A stretch of DNA of 64,000 nucleotides from Octopus vulgaris (GCA_951406725.2 OX597814.1:162440001-162504000), one strand, 5' to 3'; positions 14,330 through 29,948 are shown, counted from the stretch's first letter. Numbers and translations are program-made. Notes: generated by a model from the sequence alone, not told the origin.

Positions 14330-15150
14330 TTAGGAAACAATTCTCATTAGTATTGGCTCCTGGGCTGAATTACAACTGCATTTATTTATCACATTGTCCA
14401 CCATACCACCTCAAGGATCTGACTTGGATCCACTCTTATTTGTAATTTATATAAATGACCTTCAATGTTCTGTATAAATAATGTAAAACATTATTTTCTT
14501 GATGATATCAATCTGCTTGATACTGATAATAACTGAAATAAAAATCAGAGAGAATACTATAAAACGAGTAAAATATCTAATAAACATGTTCTGTATTGCG
14601 AGTTTAAATCCAACATACAACTAAAGCTCTTCTTCATAGTCGCTATAAATGCCTCGTCGCATAATCCCTGGCGTGATGACCTCTCATAAATAACATCGTT
14701 AAAATTGCATTACAAAGACTAGACTTCCTCTTCAGAATCGTAAAAATAATTCAGCATTGATCTGTTGTTGCTCATTGGCTAAAAAGCTCAAATGCAAATC
14801 GCTTGAGAGATCTGCCCACGTATTTGGGACATTGGCGTTGTTCAAATATTTCAGAGTATGTACAAACAGAAACCGTTCAATTAACTGACTAGTGAAGACT
14901 CACTCATCAACATGTTTCATCTATCTGTACTCTCCTATAGAAACTCCAATGGCATCTGCCCTTCTGAAATAACAAGAGTTACCACTTCTCACCCATTACC
15001 GTATTAGATGGCATAAAGGTGCATGGGCGTATTAGACGCACTTCAAATCAAAGTAGCGCATAATCAGCACATAATCTTTTTGTACTCGTTTACCAAAACA
15101 CATTTAGCCACTCTCCACATGCAAATACAACCACCACTTTCACCAGTAAA
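14330..15150 (+). mobile_element. Decayed non-LTR retrotransposon reverse transcriptase fragment (CR1/L2/Jockey-like)
   Basis: About 14406-14465 translates to PPQGSDLDPLLFVIYINDLQ (PQGSxLGPxLF motif), followed by an FLDD remnant. The downstream limit is uncertain. Confidence 0.75.
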
Positions 15151-15214
15151 GATGACTGATTCATACGATGGAGATATTCCTTTGCGGTCTTAATGTTAAT
15201 ATTTGATAGGTTAG

Positions 15215-16055
15215 CGGGGTAGCGAGCCGGCAGAATCGTTAGCTCGCCGGACAATATGATAAGCAGTATTTCGTCCGGATTTTAGGTTCTAAATTCAAAT
15301 GTCGCCGATGTCGACTTTGCTTCTCATCCTTTCAGGGTCGATAAAATAACTAACAGTTGCGCACTGGAAAATATGTAATCAGCTTAATCCCGCTTCTCAA
15401 ATTGCTGGCCTTGTGCAAAAATTTGAAATCAATATTTGATAGGATAGTAAGGCAGCGAGCTGGCAGAATCGTTAACATGCCGGATAAAATGCTTAGCTGC
15501 ATTTCGTCCGTCATTACGTTCTGATTTCAAATGGTCGAGTTTGCCTTTCATCCCTTCGGGGTCGATAAAATAAGTGCCAATTGATGACTGAGGGTAAATA
15601 TAATCGATTAACCCCTGCGACGAATTGGCATCCTGCTTAAGGGGAAAGCTGTGACCTCGATCATTTACAAGGCATAGAAACCGGATAAACGGCCCAACGA
15701 GTCCTAGCACTCGAGTCCAGTCGACTTACTTACTACTCCACTAAGTAGGATGAATTGTAAGCACTGATCCAGGCAAAGTCTCATCTCAGAACATAAAGAG
15801 ACGTAGCCCAATGCTACAAATACCTATTTCTTTATTATCCACAAGGGGCTAAACACAGAGGGGACAAACATGGACAGACATAGGTATTAAGTCGATTATA
15901 TCGACCCAGTACGTAACTGGTACTTAATTTATCGACTTCGAAAGGATGAAAGGCAAAGTCGACCTCGGCGGAATTTGAACTCACAACGTAACGGCAGCCG
16001 AAATACCGCTAAGCATTTCGCCCGACGTGCTAACGATTCTGCCAGCTCGCCGCCT
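15215..16055. mobile_element. SINE family A cluster (two + copies, one - copy at about 15820-16055)
   Basis: Same head and central domain as the other family A copies. Confidence 0.85.
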
Positions 16056-16327
16056 TCTCGTCGCCAATGCTACAAATACCACACTCTCCATACCGTTTTT
16101 AATACAACGTGGTCAAAAATGGTGGTTTTTAGACTCAGCCTAATAAAAGCGGCAACAGTCGCAGTAGTAGCAGCAGAAACTGTAGCTTAGTATTTGTTGT
16201 TGCTGATGGTGTTTTGTTTCAGTCGATGCTGCTGTAACTACCATTAGTAATGGCTGTCAACAGTAACAGTGAAAGTTTGCAGCGTTAGAAAATGTTCAAG
16301 AAACTGTTACCTTGAATACAACTATCT

Positions 16328-16407
<80 letters not shown>

Positions 16408-16539
16408 CATGTACATATGTATATACATATGTATGTATCTGCGCGTTTGCTTGTGAGCATGTATCTTGTATGTATGTATGTATGTATATATATATATATT
16501 TAATGTATGTATGTATATATATACCTACATAATACATAC

Positions 16540-16585
<46 letters not shown>

Positions 16586-16597
16586 ATATATATATAG

Positions 16598-16628
<31 letters not shown>

Positions 16629-17290
16629 TATGTGTATGTATTATGTTGGTATGCACTTATGTGTGTGCGTGTCTGCATGTATGTATGCATATATGTACAT
16701 ACAAACGCATGTACGTTGTATGTATATTGCAAGTATACATGTGTATGTTCATATGCACGTACGTACGCATGTTTGTGTTTGTGCTTCTTCCTCAATTCAC
16801 GTACGCACGAATGTGTGTATGTGTGTGTGTGTGTGTGTGTGCTTAATTATCTGAATTCTTCCAAAAATGGAAGAATTAGTTTCGAACAAAGAAACAAACG
16901 CCCATTGCTGGAATTCAATTAACAACAAAGTTGAAGAGTTAGATGTTGAACTTAAGGAATGTCTTACATATTTTTACTGTTCCGCTCACAGAATACTTTT
17001 TTTAAGTATGTACATACGTATGTATGTTTTTTTTTACAAAATTCTTTAAGTATTTTCAAGCCAGTCAGTAACAAATAAGCAAGCTCTTGAGGTTTTTGAC
17101 TATTTAAAACTGAAGCAGTGAGTGTTTGTTTATATGTGTGTATGGCGAAGATACACTTGCATTCGTGTAATGGGTGTATGCCACTTAAGAACACGAGTAT
17201 GTATAAATGAATGTGTGCGTAGGTTCAGTGCAGGAACCTTAATTGGAGAATCTTTGAAGTGCTTTACAAATTTTCACTGTACCTCTAATC

Positions 17291-17838
17291 CAGGGGTCGG
17301 CGAACAGGAATAAATTACCCCAAGAGGGGTAAAAATGAAATTCTAGGGGGTAATGAGGACTCATAAGACATAAGTAAAATTATATGAGAAAACGTGTTCC
17401 TTGTTAGGACAGGAAATAAAAGTTGCTGCTTTTTTCAACAACCTACCTTTGCAAACAAGGATTTTCCACTCTAATGAGCATAAAAACAAAGCAGAGTAAT
17501 CGATTGGACCCCGAAAACTGTATTCAAATTGCTCTGGTATCAAAATGCCCCAATTTTGATGTGATTGTAACAAAAATGAAACAACATCATTTCTCCAAAA
17601 CCTGAAGTGAAAAAGTTTCTAGAAAAATCCTTTTGTTTCATAACGAAGATATTAATTCACTTTATCGCATTTGTTTTATACTTGTTATATTTATAATTGT
17701 ATTCTCCATATATATAGATGCAATAAACATCTTGAATTCAAAGAATCTATGCTTTTCTTCCTTTCAAATCAAGGGGGGTAACGTTGGCGTAAATAAATAT
17801 ATTTTGGGGTAAGTGGTTAAAAAGTTCCTCGAACCCTG
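17291..17838 (+). mobile_element. Internally deleted hAT (Buster/Charlie-type) element
   Basis: TIRs CAGGGGTCGGCGAAC / GTTCCTCGAACCCTG with an imperfect TSD CTCTAATC. Encodes the hAT C-terminal dimerisation motif FSTTYLCKQGFSTLMSIKTKQSNRL. Confidence 0.88.
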
Positions 17839-18373
17839 CCTAATCGATTGCTGTTGGAAAAACAAATGTGTGTATGTATGTATGTATGTATGTATGTATG
17901 TATGTATGTATAAATGTATGGTATGCATGTATATATGTACGTGTGAATCTGTGTGTGCGTATACATGTGTGTTTGTTTAACCCAATTACCCTGCCACTGC
18001 CACCACCAACAGCACCATTTCATCATCATCATCAACATCGTCACCGTCGTCTTCGTCATTATCATCAACTTCATCATCAACCATCTCCTCCTCACCTCCT
18101 CGTCGCATCATCGTCGTCGCCATCATCATCATCATCATAATCATCACCACCACCACCACCACCATCATCATCATCACTATCACTTGCACCGTCACCTATA
18201 GGTGCTAGGTGTTAAGGTTATGCTACTAATAATATGCTTAAACACTGTTTCTGTTTATTTCATACTTTCTGCACCATTTCCATGCTGTAATATATACCGC
18301 CATTATAAATATATGGCATTTCAACATTTGACATTTATTTTTATTTTTAAAAATAACATGTTCCCGTTTACCT

Positions 18374-18423
<50 letters not shown>

Positions 18424-18734
18424 TGATGATGATGATAACGATGATGATGATGATGGAGGTGATGATGATGATGATGATGATGATGATGACGGTTTCTCTT
18501 ATTTGCCACACGGGCATCCGATGGGAAAGACTACAAGAACTGATTATAATTTGTGTCGGGGTTTACATAAAAACGGCGAGAGAGAAAAATAGATGAGAGG
18601 CCCTGATCTGGTATGCAGTCATGTTACACCACCCCAGTTAAACGGTTAGCTTGTGTGTATATACATACATACATACATACATACATGCATACATACATAC
18701 ATACATACATACATACATACACATGTGTGTATGT

Positions 18735-18893
18735 GGGTGTGGTTAAGAAGCTCGTTTTGCAACCACGTGGCTTCAGGTTCTGATGCGCGGCATCTTGGGC
18801 AAGTATTTTTACTCTTTTGCTATAAGCCCCGGGCTGATCACTGGCTTGTGAATGAAGACAGTTGAAAGAAACTGTGAAGAAGCCCGTCGTGCG

Positions 18894-18925
<32 letters not shown>

Positions 18926-19252
18926 TGTATGTATGTATGTGCATGTGTGTATCTGTGTCCGTGAGTGCGTGCGTGCGTACGTACGTACCTATGTATGTAC
19001 CTACGCACATATGTACGTACATATGTGTGTCTGTATGTCTGTGTTTGTCTCCCCATCCCTTGACAATTAGCGTTGGTTTGTTTATGTCTCCGAAAATTAG
19101 CAGTTCGGTAAAAGGGACTGAAAATATCTAGTTCTAGACTTAAAAACTAAGTACCGAGGTCGATTTGTTCGACTAAAAATCCCTCATGGACGTGCCCCAG
19201 ACTGGTTGCAGTCCAATGAGCGAAACAAATAATAGGTAAAGATATATATATA

Positions 19253-19337
<85 letters not shown>

Positions 19338-19655
19338 TTTATCATTTATTTGTTTCACTGATTAGACTGCGGCCGTGCTAGGGCACCACCTTGAAGAATT
19401 TTATTCGAACGAATCGACCGCGGTACTATCTTTTTAAAGCCTGGTATTCATTATCCTGGTCTAGTTTGCCAAATCACCAAGTCACAGAGACATAAATACA
19501 GCAACACCGGTTGCCAAGCCGTGGTGACACACACACACATGATGGTCTTCTTTCAGTTTCCGTCGACCATATCCACTTACAAGGCTTTGGTTGGTCTGAG
19601 GCTGTGGTTGAAGACACTTGCTCAAGGTGCCATGCAGTGGGACTGAACTCGGAAC
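18735..19655. mobile_element. Inverted pair of SINE family B (+ 18735-19235, - 19335-19655)
   Basis: Two copies tail-to-tail around a (TA)n tract. Confidence 0.8.
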
Positions 19656-20102
19656 GCACAGACGCTCACATACACAAAGAAATAAATGTGTTGTATGTTT
19701 GTTGTATGTATGTTTTAGGCGAACAGAGTGAGAGAGAGAGAGAGAGGGGGGGGGGCGAAAAAGAGAGAGAAAGAGTGGGAGGAGAGAGAGTGACATACAG
19801 GGGAACTAACACAAGTTGTGAAATATGAGTTCACTTTTAACAGTTTATCAAATGTTTTGGAAGTGTGTGTGGTGGGGATAGGGGGTGCTTATGCAGACTT
19901 AATGTCTCGGAGTAAATTATCCAAAGTATTCCACCCACACGAGATAGAGTTGACTGCTATTTCTAACAAAATCAAGTGAAGTCTTCGTAGTGCTCGTTAG
20001 TATTGTTGTCTAGTCCTAAGTCTACCTCGATTGAGCACACTGAAGAACAAATCTGTTCCAGCTGAGACTATTCCATCAAGGTCAACATTTCTTAAAACGG
20101 TA

Positions 20103-20715
20103 AAGGCGGCGAGCTGGCAGAATCGTTAACGCACCGGGAAAAATGCTTAGCAGCATTTCGCTGGGCTTCACGTTCCGAGTTCTAATTCTACGAAGTCGAC
20201 TGTGCATTTCATCATATCGGAGTCGATAAATTAAGTACTAGTGAAATATTGGGGTCGATGTAATCGATTAGTCCCCTCCCCAGCAAATTTCAGGCCTTGT
20301 GTAAGAAGGTGGCGAGCTGACAGAAACGTTAGCACGCCGGGCGAAATGCGCAGCCGTATTTCGTCTGTCTTTATGTTCTGAGTTCAAATTCCGCCGAGGT
20401 CGACTTTGCCTTTCACCCTTTCGGGGTCGATAAATTAAGTACCAGTTACGCACTGGGGTCGATATACTCGATTTAATCCCTTTGCGTGTTCTTGTTTGTC
20501 CCCTCTGTGTTTAGCCCCCTGCGGGCAATAAAGAAATAAGGATCGTTAGCACGCTGGACAAAATGCTTAGCGCTGTTTCGCCCGTCGCTACGTTCTGAGT
20601 TCAAATTCCGACGAGGTCCTTTTGGGGTCGATAAATTCTGCCTGTCATGGGGTGGATTTAATCGACTTGCCCCTCCCCAAAAATTTCAGACCTAGTGCCT
20701 TTAATAGAAAGGATT
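20103..20715 (+). mobile_element. Three tandem or nested SINE family A copies
   Basis: Repeated GGCGAGCTGGCAGAATCGTTAGCACGCCGG head and central domain. Confidence 0.88.
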
Positions 20716-21113
20716 ATTTAAGACGGTAAAAGGCAGATTTAAGGAACGCTGGCAACAATCTCTACGAGTTTGAGTGATCGCAGAGAGAAGGCATAGTTAA
20801 CCTCTTTCAAGAAGCAGGCCGCATGAGACATGGCTTACCATCAGGTGGTCCCCACTATTAAACAAATTCAGAAAGTCCCGCGGGCCGCAGTTTGCTCGCG
20901 ACTGACACAGAAGTTTCTTCGTCACCTTTTATTGTTGTTGCTGTTGTTTTATCTCAACGCTACTCAATAAATCTGTAACCAAAGACAGTCCAATCATAAC
21001 CATCCCGTCTTTTTGCGAGTAGTGTATATCTCGGACTACAATATCTGATGTGCCTTTCTTTTTGTGATGTGAAGGATATTTGACTGCTGTTTTTAATATG
21101 ACGAACGACTGTC

Positions 21114-21148
<35 letters not shown>

Positions 21149-21214
21149 AAGGTGAGACATACAATTGGAGAAATATATGTACAGAAAACCTGAGACAGAA
21201 GAAAGAGTGTTAGC

Positions 21215-21256
<42 letters not shown>

Positions 21257-21429
21257 AACAGAGAGAAAGAACGTGTGATATACAATTGGAGAGATAGAGA
21301 GAAAAAACTGAGAGAGGGAGAAAGAAGGAAGAGAGTCAGCAATAGAGAGAGAAGAGAGAGAAAGAAAGAGAAAGAGAGATAGCAACAGAGAGGAGGAAAA
21401 CGCGAGAACGAGAGAAAGTGAGTGAGTGA

Positions 21430-21491
<62 letters not shown>

Positions 21492-22682
21492 CAGTTCGAT
21501 ACCCGGGGCCAATTCTGTTCATTTTCACCTGTCTTGGGTTGTACTGGTAAATATGAAGAAAAACAAAACCAAAGCGTTTACAAAATGTATGTCTGTACGT
21601 GTGTGTGTATGTGTACCTAAGTGTATGTGTGTGTGTGTACACGTGTGTGTGTGCGTATGTGTATGCGTGTGTTATGCTTCAGTAAATTATTGGTGTTTAA
21701 CGAACCAAAGAGGGAAGCGTCGAAGCTGTCACTCAAACCGCTTGAAATAGCAGTCCAGTCTCCCTCAGACAACACCCTACCATCTGAAACAAAGACGCAG
21801 CAGATAGGATAATGGTAGTCCTAGATGTATATATACTATGTCTGAAAAAAACTAAACTGGCTGGTGATGATGGTGGTGGTAATGGTGGTGATGGTCACGG
21901 ATGGAACATCGTCAATCATATTATATAGGCCTACTCGATCATAGCTAAGCTAACCTGGGGTTGAACAACGGCAGCGACAACAACAATAATGAGAACATTG
22001 GCTGGATGTTTATTTATGGACTGTGTATTGCTTGAAAGGCCACAGAGTATTGAACTTACATTTAGGAGATGAAACTCGAAATACTTTCAAGGCGTTCCGT
22101 GCAACGCTGTGTTGTCTATTATTTATTGTAAATAATACCGAAGTAGGAGAAAGGGGATGTGTGTGTGTGTGTGTGCGTGAGAGGGACAGAGAGCAAGTGA
22201 AAGAGTGGGTGGAGAGGAAAGAAGAGAAAGGGGAGGAATTTCTTAATCACCACTGTTGCCAATTTAACCACCACCACCACCCATCACCATCACCACAAAC
22301 ATCACGATCATCACCACCAACACCATTATCCTTCTCCTCCTCCTCCTCCCTCCTCCTCCTCTCCCTCCCCCTCATCATCATCATTGTCGTCGTCGTTGTG
22401 ATTATTATCATTATCACATCCACCATCATCATCACCGTCATCCTTCTCTTCCTCCTCATTTTCTCATCATCATCATTGTCGCCGTCGTCATCGTCATCAT
22501 TGTCGTCGTCGTTGTCACTATCGCTGTCACTATCGCCATCACCACTATCATCATCATCATCCTCATCTTCATCATCATCATCTCGTTGTCATCACCGTCG
22601 TCGTCGTTGTCATCATCATAATCGTCATCGTCATCTCCTCCTCTCCACCACTCCCCTCCCTCTCCCCTCCCCTCCCCCACAG

Positions 22683-22764
22683 CATCATGTCCTGCGTTGC
22701 ACTGTGGAGCTTATCTACCGTTGTTCCACCCTTTTCGAGCTACCCTCCCAAGGCAACCGTGTAG
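22683..22764 (+). other. Candidate 82-nt exon of an unidentified transcript
   Basis: Pyrimidine tract plus CACAG| acceptor and a perfect AG|GTAAGT donor. Non-repetitive sequence with an open frame HHVLRCTVELIYRCSTLFELPSQGNRV. Confidence 0.4.
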
Positions 22765-23399
22765 GTAAGTAGACAAGTTCGGGGTTAGTTGGAGAGCGGA
22801 GTGTGGTGATGCTAATGTCATATAGACCCCGGGTAGCATGCTTCATTCAGGCGACGACTGTGAGTGTGTGCGTGTGTCAGTGTGTGTGTGTTTCTATGTG
22901 TCTGTGTTTATGAATGTGTGTACGTGTGTTTGTATAAGTATCTGTACATGTTTAGCTATGTGTAAGTGAATATATGTCTGTATGTGTGCGCGCGAATATA
23001 TCATTATTAGTGTGTGCTTGCACATGTATGTCTTGTGTGTGTGTAGGCTTATGTGGCCGCGTGTATGTATGTCTGTGTTGTGCGTATGTATGTGTGTGTG
23101 TGTTTTTTTCTGCATGCATCTATGTATGTATGCAAGTATATTTTTTGTCTGAGTTTTTATGTGCGCATGTTGTGTGTGTGTGTGAGTGTGTGCGCATGTT
23201 TGTGTGTGTGTGTGCGTGCGCACACGTGTGGCTAGGAAAGAGAAGACCCTCCATAAGTAGTTGTCATTTGTTCTGTACAAACAGCAAGAAGTATTTTGTA
23301 ACATATAGATGAGAGAGAGAGAGAGGGAGGGGGAAGAAAAAGAGGACTAAGTGTGACGGGGGGGGGGGAAGAAAGAGAGGATAAGACAGAATGAGAGAG

Positions 23400-23452
<53 letters not shown>

Positions 23453-23502
23453 CAGAAAGCAGATATACATACCTATATATATCTGTCTATATGTTGCACG
23501 TA

Positions 23503-23537
<35 letters not shown>

Positions 23538-23695
23538 GTTGTATTTGTATATGTCTGTCTGCCTGTCTGTCTGTATGTATGTATGTATGTATGTAAATAT
23601 CTATGTCTATCTTATATATGTTGTATCTGTATGCACATATGTGCATGTTGCATGTGTATATGTGTGTTTGTATATGTACATACATATATACGTTT

Positions 23696-23757
<62 letters not shown>

Positions 23758-23866
23758 AAAAGCGATGCTCCAGCATGGCCACAGTCAAATCACTAAAACA
23801 AGTAAAAGAATAAAAGTGTGTGCGTGTGTGTGTTTAGGTACATATATATGTATATATATGTACAAT

Positions 23867-24088
<222 letters not shown>

Positions 24089-24269
24089 GCACACAGATAG
24101 AGACAAACATTTGCATGAGAAAGAGAGACATAAAAAAAAGAATGAGACTTGGTAAAGAGATGAGGAGACGAAGGGGATGTTAATGGTGGTGTTGTTGTTG
24201 TTGCTGTTGTTGTCGTCGGTGGTGGTGGTCGAAGTAGAGCTTAGTAAAATTATAGGAGCTCCAGCTGTT

Positions 24270-24670
24270 AGCGTTGTTTAACCCCAAGTAATGATCTCTG
24301 ACTGAGCAAACAAGCCTCTATGAACGATGCGTTTCAGCTGTGGTCATGTCGCCTCTATAAATTGTATCTAGGACTACATTTCTCTAATATTCTTTCCTTA
24401 TTTTCAGATGGTGATGACGTGATTCAAGTGAAATTTGACTGCTATTTCTAGAAGATCGAGCGACCACGTAGAAACTTCCTTTGCTTGTTTGTCTCCATTT
24501 GTAGTAGGTGTTGATGTTGCTGATGATGCTCTTGCTGGTGGTGATGGTGGGGAAGCTTAATACGTAGGTGTACGCGACGGTGATAATGGTGAGGGCGGTC
24601 TGAGGGTAATTTGACTGTTATTTCTAGCCGATCGAGCGTCTGAGCAGAATCTTCCTTGTTAGTTCGTACG
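24270..24670 (+). repeat. Unclassified dispersed repeat family D (one full and one partial copy)
   Basis: The motif ATTTGACTGCTATTTCTAG..TCGAGCGACC also occurs at about 4690, 19950 and 21080 (+) and 21740 and 32545 (-). Confidence 0.7.
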
Positions 24671-24679
24671 TTTCAGTAA

Positions 24680-24714
<35 letters not shown>

Positions 24715-24970
24715 GTAGTAGTAGTAGTAGTAGTAGTAGTAAGTAGAAGATGATGTCGGGGATAGCGGTGAGGGTTAAGTAAGTCGGTGTAGGTGACGGA
24801 TAGGGGTAGGGGTGGTGGAGTGGGGGTGAAAAGCGAGAACATTGCTGAAACGAGAGTAAGAAATTTCCACTAACTCCACCCCGTGGAGTCAGTGCACATG
24901 CAACCGTTAACCAACCAGCCAACCAACCAACCAGCCAACCAGCCAGCCACCACCACCACCACCACCACCA

Positions 24971-25001
<31 letters not shown>

Positions 25002-25209
25002 GGCCACCACTGCTCCTATTTCACGCAGTCTTGCAAACGACAGCTTTTGGTGCTGACGGGTATTTGACAGATGCTATGGGGTGAAGCAGTTCAAGTCGGC
25101 CCGGGTAGCAAAGCAAGTCACATGAAAATAACAGTTGAATGGCGCAACCCCAAACCCTTGTTAACTAAACACCCTGCAGAGTCCTCCACAACGCCGTCTG
25201 TCTGTTTCG

Positions 25210-25263
<54 letters not shown>

Positions 25264-25344
25264 TATACATAATCTCTCTTTCGCTTCCTTCCTTTCTCAC
25301 TTTTTTCCTCGTGTTTTTTTTCTATCTGTTCTTATTATTGATTG

Positions 25345-25418
<74 letters not shown>

Positions 25419-25567
25419 AGAGAGATGCAGCACGGACTTTGTCAGTGAACAGGTCGCGGATTTTAGCGACGAAAATATTTTGACAAATTAAACTTAAATG
25501 TTGGAGTGAATCGAACGGCTTTTGTGTGTTTCTTAAATGGCTTATAAACACCTCCCACGCTGCAATT

Positions 25568-25631
<64 letters not shown>

Positions 25632-25730
25632 GGGAAGAAAAAGGGATTAAAAAATCCAGGCAGTTATCAATAAAGTAGTAAGTTTTAAATGGATTTCGTT
25701 AACTGTCTCTCTCCACACACATACACCACA

Positions 25731-25769
<39 letters not shown>

Positions 25770-25774
<5 letters not shown>

Positions 25775-25828
25775 ATAAATAAATAAATATATATATATAA
25801 ATATAAATATATACACACATATATATAA

Positions 25829-25859
<31 letters not shown>

Positions 25860-25977
25860 AAATATAAATATATACACACATATATATATAAATATATATA
25901 TACATATATATATATATATATTTATTTATAAATATATAAATACATATATAGATATATATTTATAAATATATATATAA

Positions 25978-26029
<52 letters not shown>

Positions 26030-26241
26030 ATATATAAATATATAAATAAATAAATAAATATATATATAAATAAATAAATATATATATAAATAAATATATA
26101 TATAAATATATATATAAATAAATAAATATATAAATAAATATATAAATAAATATATATATAAATATATATATATAAATAAATATATATATAAATATATATA
26201 TATAAATAAATATATATATATAAATAAATATATATATATAA

Positions 26242-26278
<37 letters not shown>

Positions 26279-26360
26279 CAATCAATAAGATATATACGTA
26301 TATATTTGTCCCAATTTTCTATTCTTTTATATAAATATATATAAGCAATCAATAAGAATA

Positions 26361-26440
<80 letters not shown>
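25770..26440. repeat. AT-only low-complexity tract (TA/TAAA)
   Basis: Directly visible. Confidence 0.95.
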
Positions 26441-26442
<2 letters not shown>

Positions 26443-26849
26443 GTGTGTGTGTGTTCTTTAAAATACTTTTTCTATAAAATTTAGAAGTAAACTTAGAATA
26501 CTGTTTTTAGAATATGAATTTATCGAAATTCTCATAAAATCTCTCGTAATACACAATATTCGAAAATAAAGATAATAGTCGCCTCCCACTACCTCAGATA
26601 ATTTGTGTGTGAATGTGTATATGTGTCTGTGCCTGTGTGTGTGTGTGTGTATAAGCGCGCATGTGTGCGGTGTGTGTTAAGAATTCTTCTCTTAAATTAA
26701 CCGCAATAAACTGAATGAATTGTGAAAAAAAAAATGGCACTATGATTCACATAATATGAACAATATCATTCACCATGTTCTATTGTTTGCATGTGTGAGT
26801 ATATGTGCATACACACATGTATGCCCACACTTGTACATATATGTATGTA

Positions 26850-26909
<60 letters not shown>

Positions 26910-26954
26910 AATAGATACATGTGTATGTGTGTGTGTATGTATGTATATACTTTT

Positions 26955-27177
26955 TGCTTGTTTCGGTCATTAAACTGTGGCCATGCTGGTGCACCGCCTT
27001 TAGGAATTTATTTCTGTAGAACAAATAAGCCTCAAAATTTATTTTTAAAGCCTTGTACCTATTCTATCAATCGCTTTTGCCGAACAGCTAATTTACGCTG
27101 AAATTAACACAAAAATATCAACACCGGTTGTCAAGCGATGGTGGGGGACGAACACAGACACAAAACACACACACATT

Positions 27178-27227
<50 letters not shown>

Positions 27228-27337
27228 ATCTAACTATCTATCTATCTATCTGAGCGCATAAATATATAACAACTGATGGAAATTCTTTCATTCACTACAG
27301 CTGTTTGTATATATGATGATATGACATACATAGATAC

Positions 27338-27412
<75 letters not shown>

Positions 27413-27605
27413 CATACATACATACATACATACATACATACACACACATATATATATTCAACAAGCTTCTTTCAGTTTTCGCCTACAAAATCCACTTACA
27501 AGGCTTTTGTTGGAAAACAGATGCCCGAGGTGCCACGCATTGGACCTGCACATAGAACCATGTGGATGAGAAGCACGTTTGTTACCACACAGCTACGCCT
27601 GCGTC
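26955..27605 (-). mobile_element. SINE family B with expanded internal microsatellite
   Basis: Tail at 26955-27170 and head at 27460-27605. Confidence 0.78.
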
Positions 27606-27717
27606 CGTATATATATATATGCATATAATATAAATAATATATATATATATAATATATACATATACATAATATATATATATATATACATATATATATACAC
27701 ACGTATAAGTATATATA

Positions 27718-27794
<77 letters not shown>

Positions 27795-28301
27795 ATGTAT
27801 ATATGCATATGTGGGTACAGGACGTCATGAAACGTGTACAAAAAAATACGAAGTACGAGTAGATGGAATATAATTATTTTTTCGAACAACGAAAGACACA
27901 AATGGAAAACAAGACAAACAACATAAAGAACGACCCTTCATCAGTTGCTGGCTGTCTTTCTACTTCCGTATTTCGAGCATATATTTTTATATGTATATAC
28001 ATATATATATATGCATATAATTATACAATATAAACATACACAACCACATGCAGTCATTCTATATTTCGTTTTTTTTCTCAGTAGTACACACAGGCTCATA
28101 CATATATATATATATGCGATGCCCCAGCATGGCCACAGCCTTTGCACTGAAACACATAAAAGAACAAAGGAATATCGCCTGTGATTTTGGCACAAGGGTT
28201 GCGATTTCCAAGAGAAGGGTTATGACGACATAATCGATCTGCAACTTTATTTCATCGACTGTCAAACGATGAAACGGAATGTTGACTTTGATGGGGTTTG
28301 A

Positions 28302-28371
28302 ATTCGCAAATGTATCTATCTACGTATTTCTCTCTCTCTCTCTCTCTCTCTCTGTATATATATATATATAT

Positions 28372-28436
<65 letters not shown>

Positions 28437-28450
28437 GTGTCTATATATTG

Positions 28451-28492
<42 letters not shown>

Positions 28493-28716
28493 TATGTGTA
28501 TGTGTATTCGCAAATGTATCTATCTACGTATTTCTCTCTCTCTCTCTCTCTCTCTGTATATATATATATATATAAAATATATATATAATATATAAATATG
28601 ATATATATATAATATATAAATATTATATATATATATATATATAATATAAATATAATATATATATATATATATAATATATAAATATAATAGATATAATATA
28701 TAAATATACTATATAA

Positions 28717-28755
<39 letters not shown>

Positions 28756-28875
28756 GCATAGCCCAATATAAATATAATATATATATATATATAGGGACGC
28801 AACTCAACCTATAAAAAAAATTTAAATATATTTTTTGGCTATAGATATAATATATAAATATACTATATATAATAT

Positions 28876-28918
<43 letters not shown>

Positions 28919-28926
28919 ACATTTGC

Positions 28927-28993
<67 letters not shown>

Positions 28994-29000
28994 CACACAC
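28302..29000. repeat. Tandem duplication (about 204-bp period) of a microsatellite-containing unit plus an AT tract
   Basis: ATTCGCAAATGTATCTATCTACGTATTTCTCTCTC at 28302 and 28506. Confidence 0.85.
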
Positions 29001-29109
29001 TAATACATACACATCCGTATAACTCATATGCGTATGTGTACTGTACGTATGTACATGCGTGTGGGTGTGTATATATATTTATATACATGTGACTTTTAAA
29101 TAATAATGT

Positions 29110-29274
29110 TAATGGCTTCAAAGTTTGGCACAAGGCCATCAATTTCTAGGGAGGGCATAAGTGGATTACATCGACCTCAGTGTTCAACTAGTACTTATTT
29201 TATCGACCCCGAAAGGATGAAAGGCAAAGTCGACCTCGGCGGGCATTGAACTGAGAACGTAAACACGGACGAAA

Positions 29275-29332
<58 letters not shown>

Positions 29333-29356
29333 TAACAATAACAATAACAATAATAA

Positions 29357-29422
<66 letters not shown>

Positions 29423-29872
29423 TGATGATGATGATTTCTTTTATTGGTCACAAGGGCCCAAGACATGGAGGACAATATCGAAGGACGACTTTCAGCACAC
29501 ACGCACACAAAGAAACCCCCAGCAAAACAAAAATTCCAAAAACATGTGGGGTTAACATCGATCAAGGGGAGATACTACCACATTAAATGATATAACAGAG
29601 GATATATAACAACAACAACAACAATAATAATAATAATAATAATAATGATAATAATAATAATTTTTTTTTTGCTGTAGGTACGAGGTCCGAGATTTTGGGA
29701 GAGGGGAAATTCGATTACATCGACTCCAGTGTTTCACTGGTACTTAATTTATCGACCTCTAAAGGATGAAAGGTAAAGTCGACCTCGGTGGAATTTGAAC
29801 TCATAACGTAGCGACGGGCGAAATACCGTCAACCATTTCATCCAGCGCGCGAACGATTCTGCCAGGCCACCG

Positions 29873-29948
<76 letters not shown>

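Noticed and set aside
22023-22680. 249-aa ORF with His/Ser/Ile runs
   Set aside because: Trinucleotide low-complexity sequence. Only its last 82 nt look exon-like and these are reported separately.
24795-24830. G-rich potential quadruplex
   Set aside because: Only three long G-runs within low-complexity DNA, which is expected by chance here.
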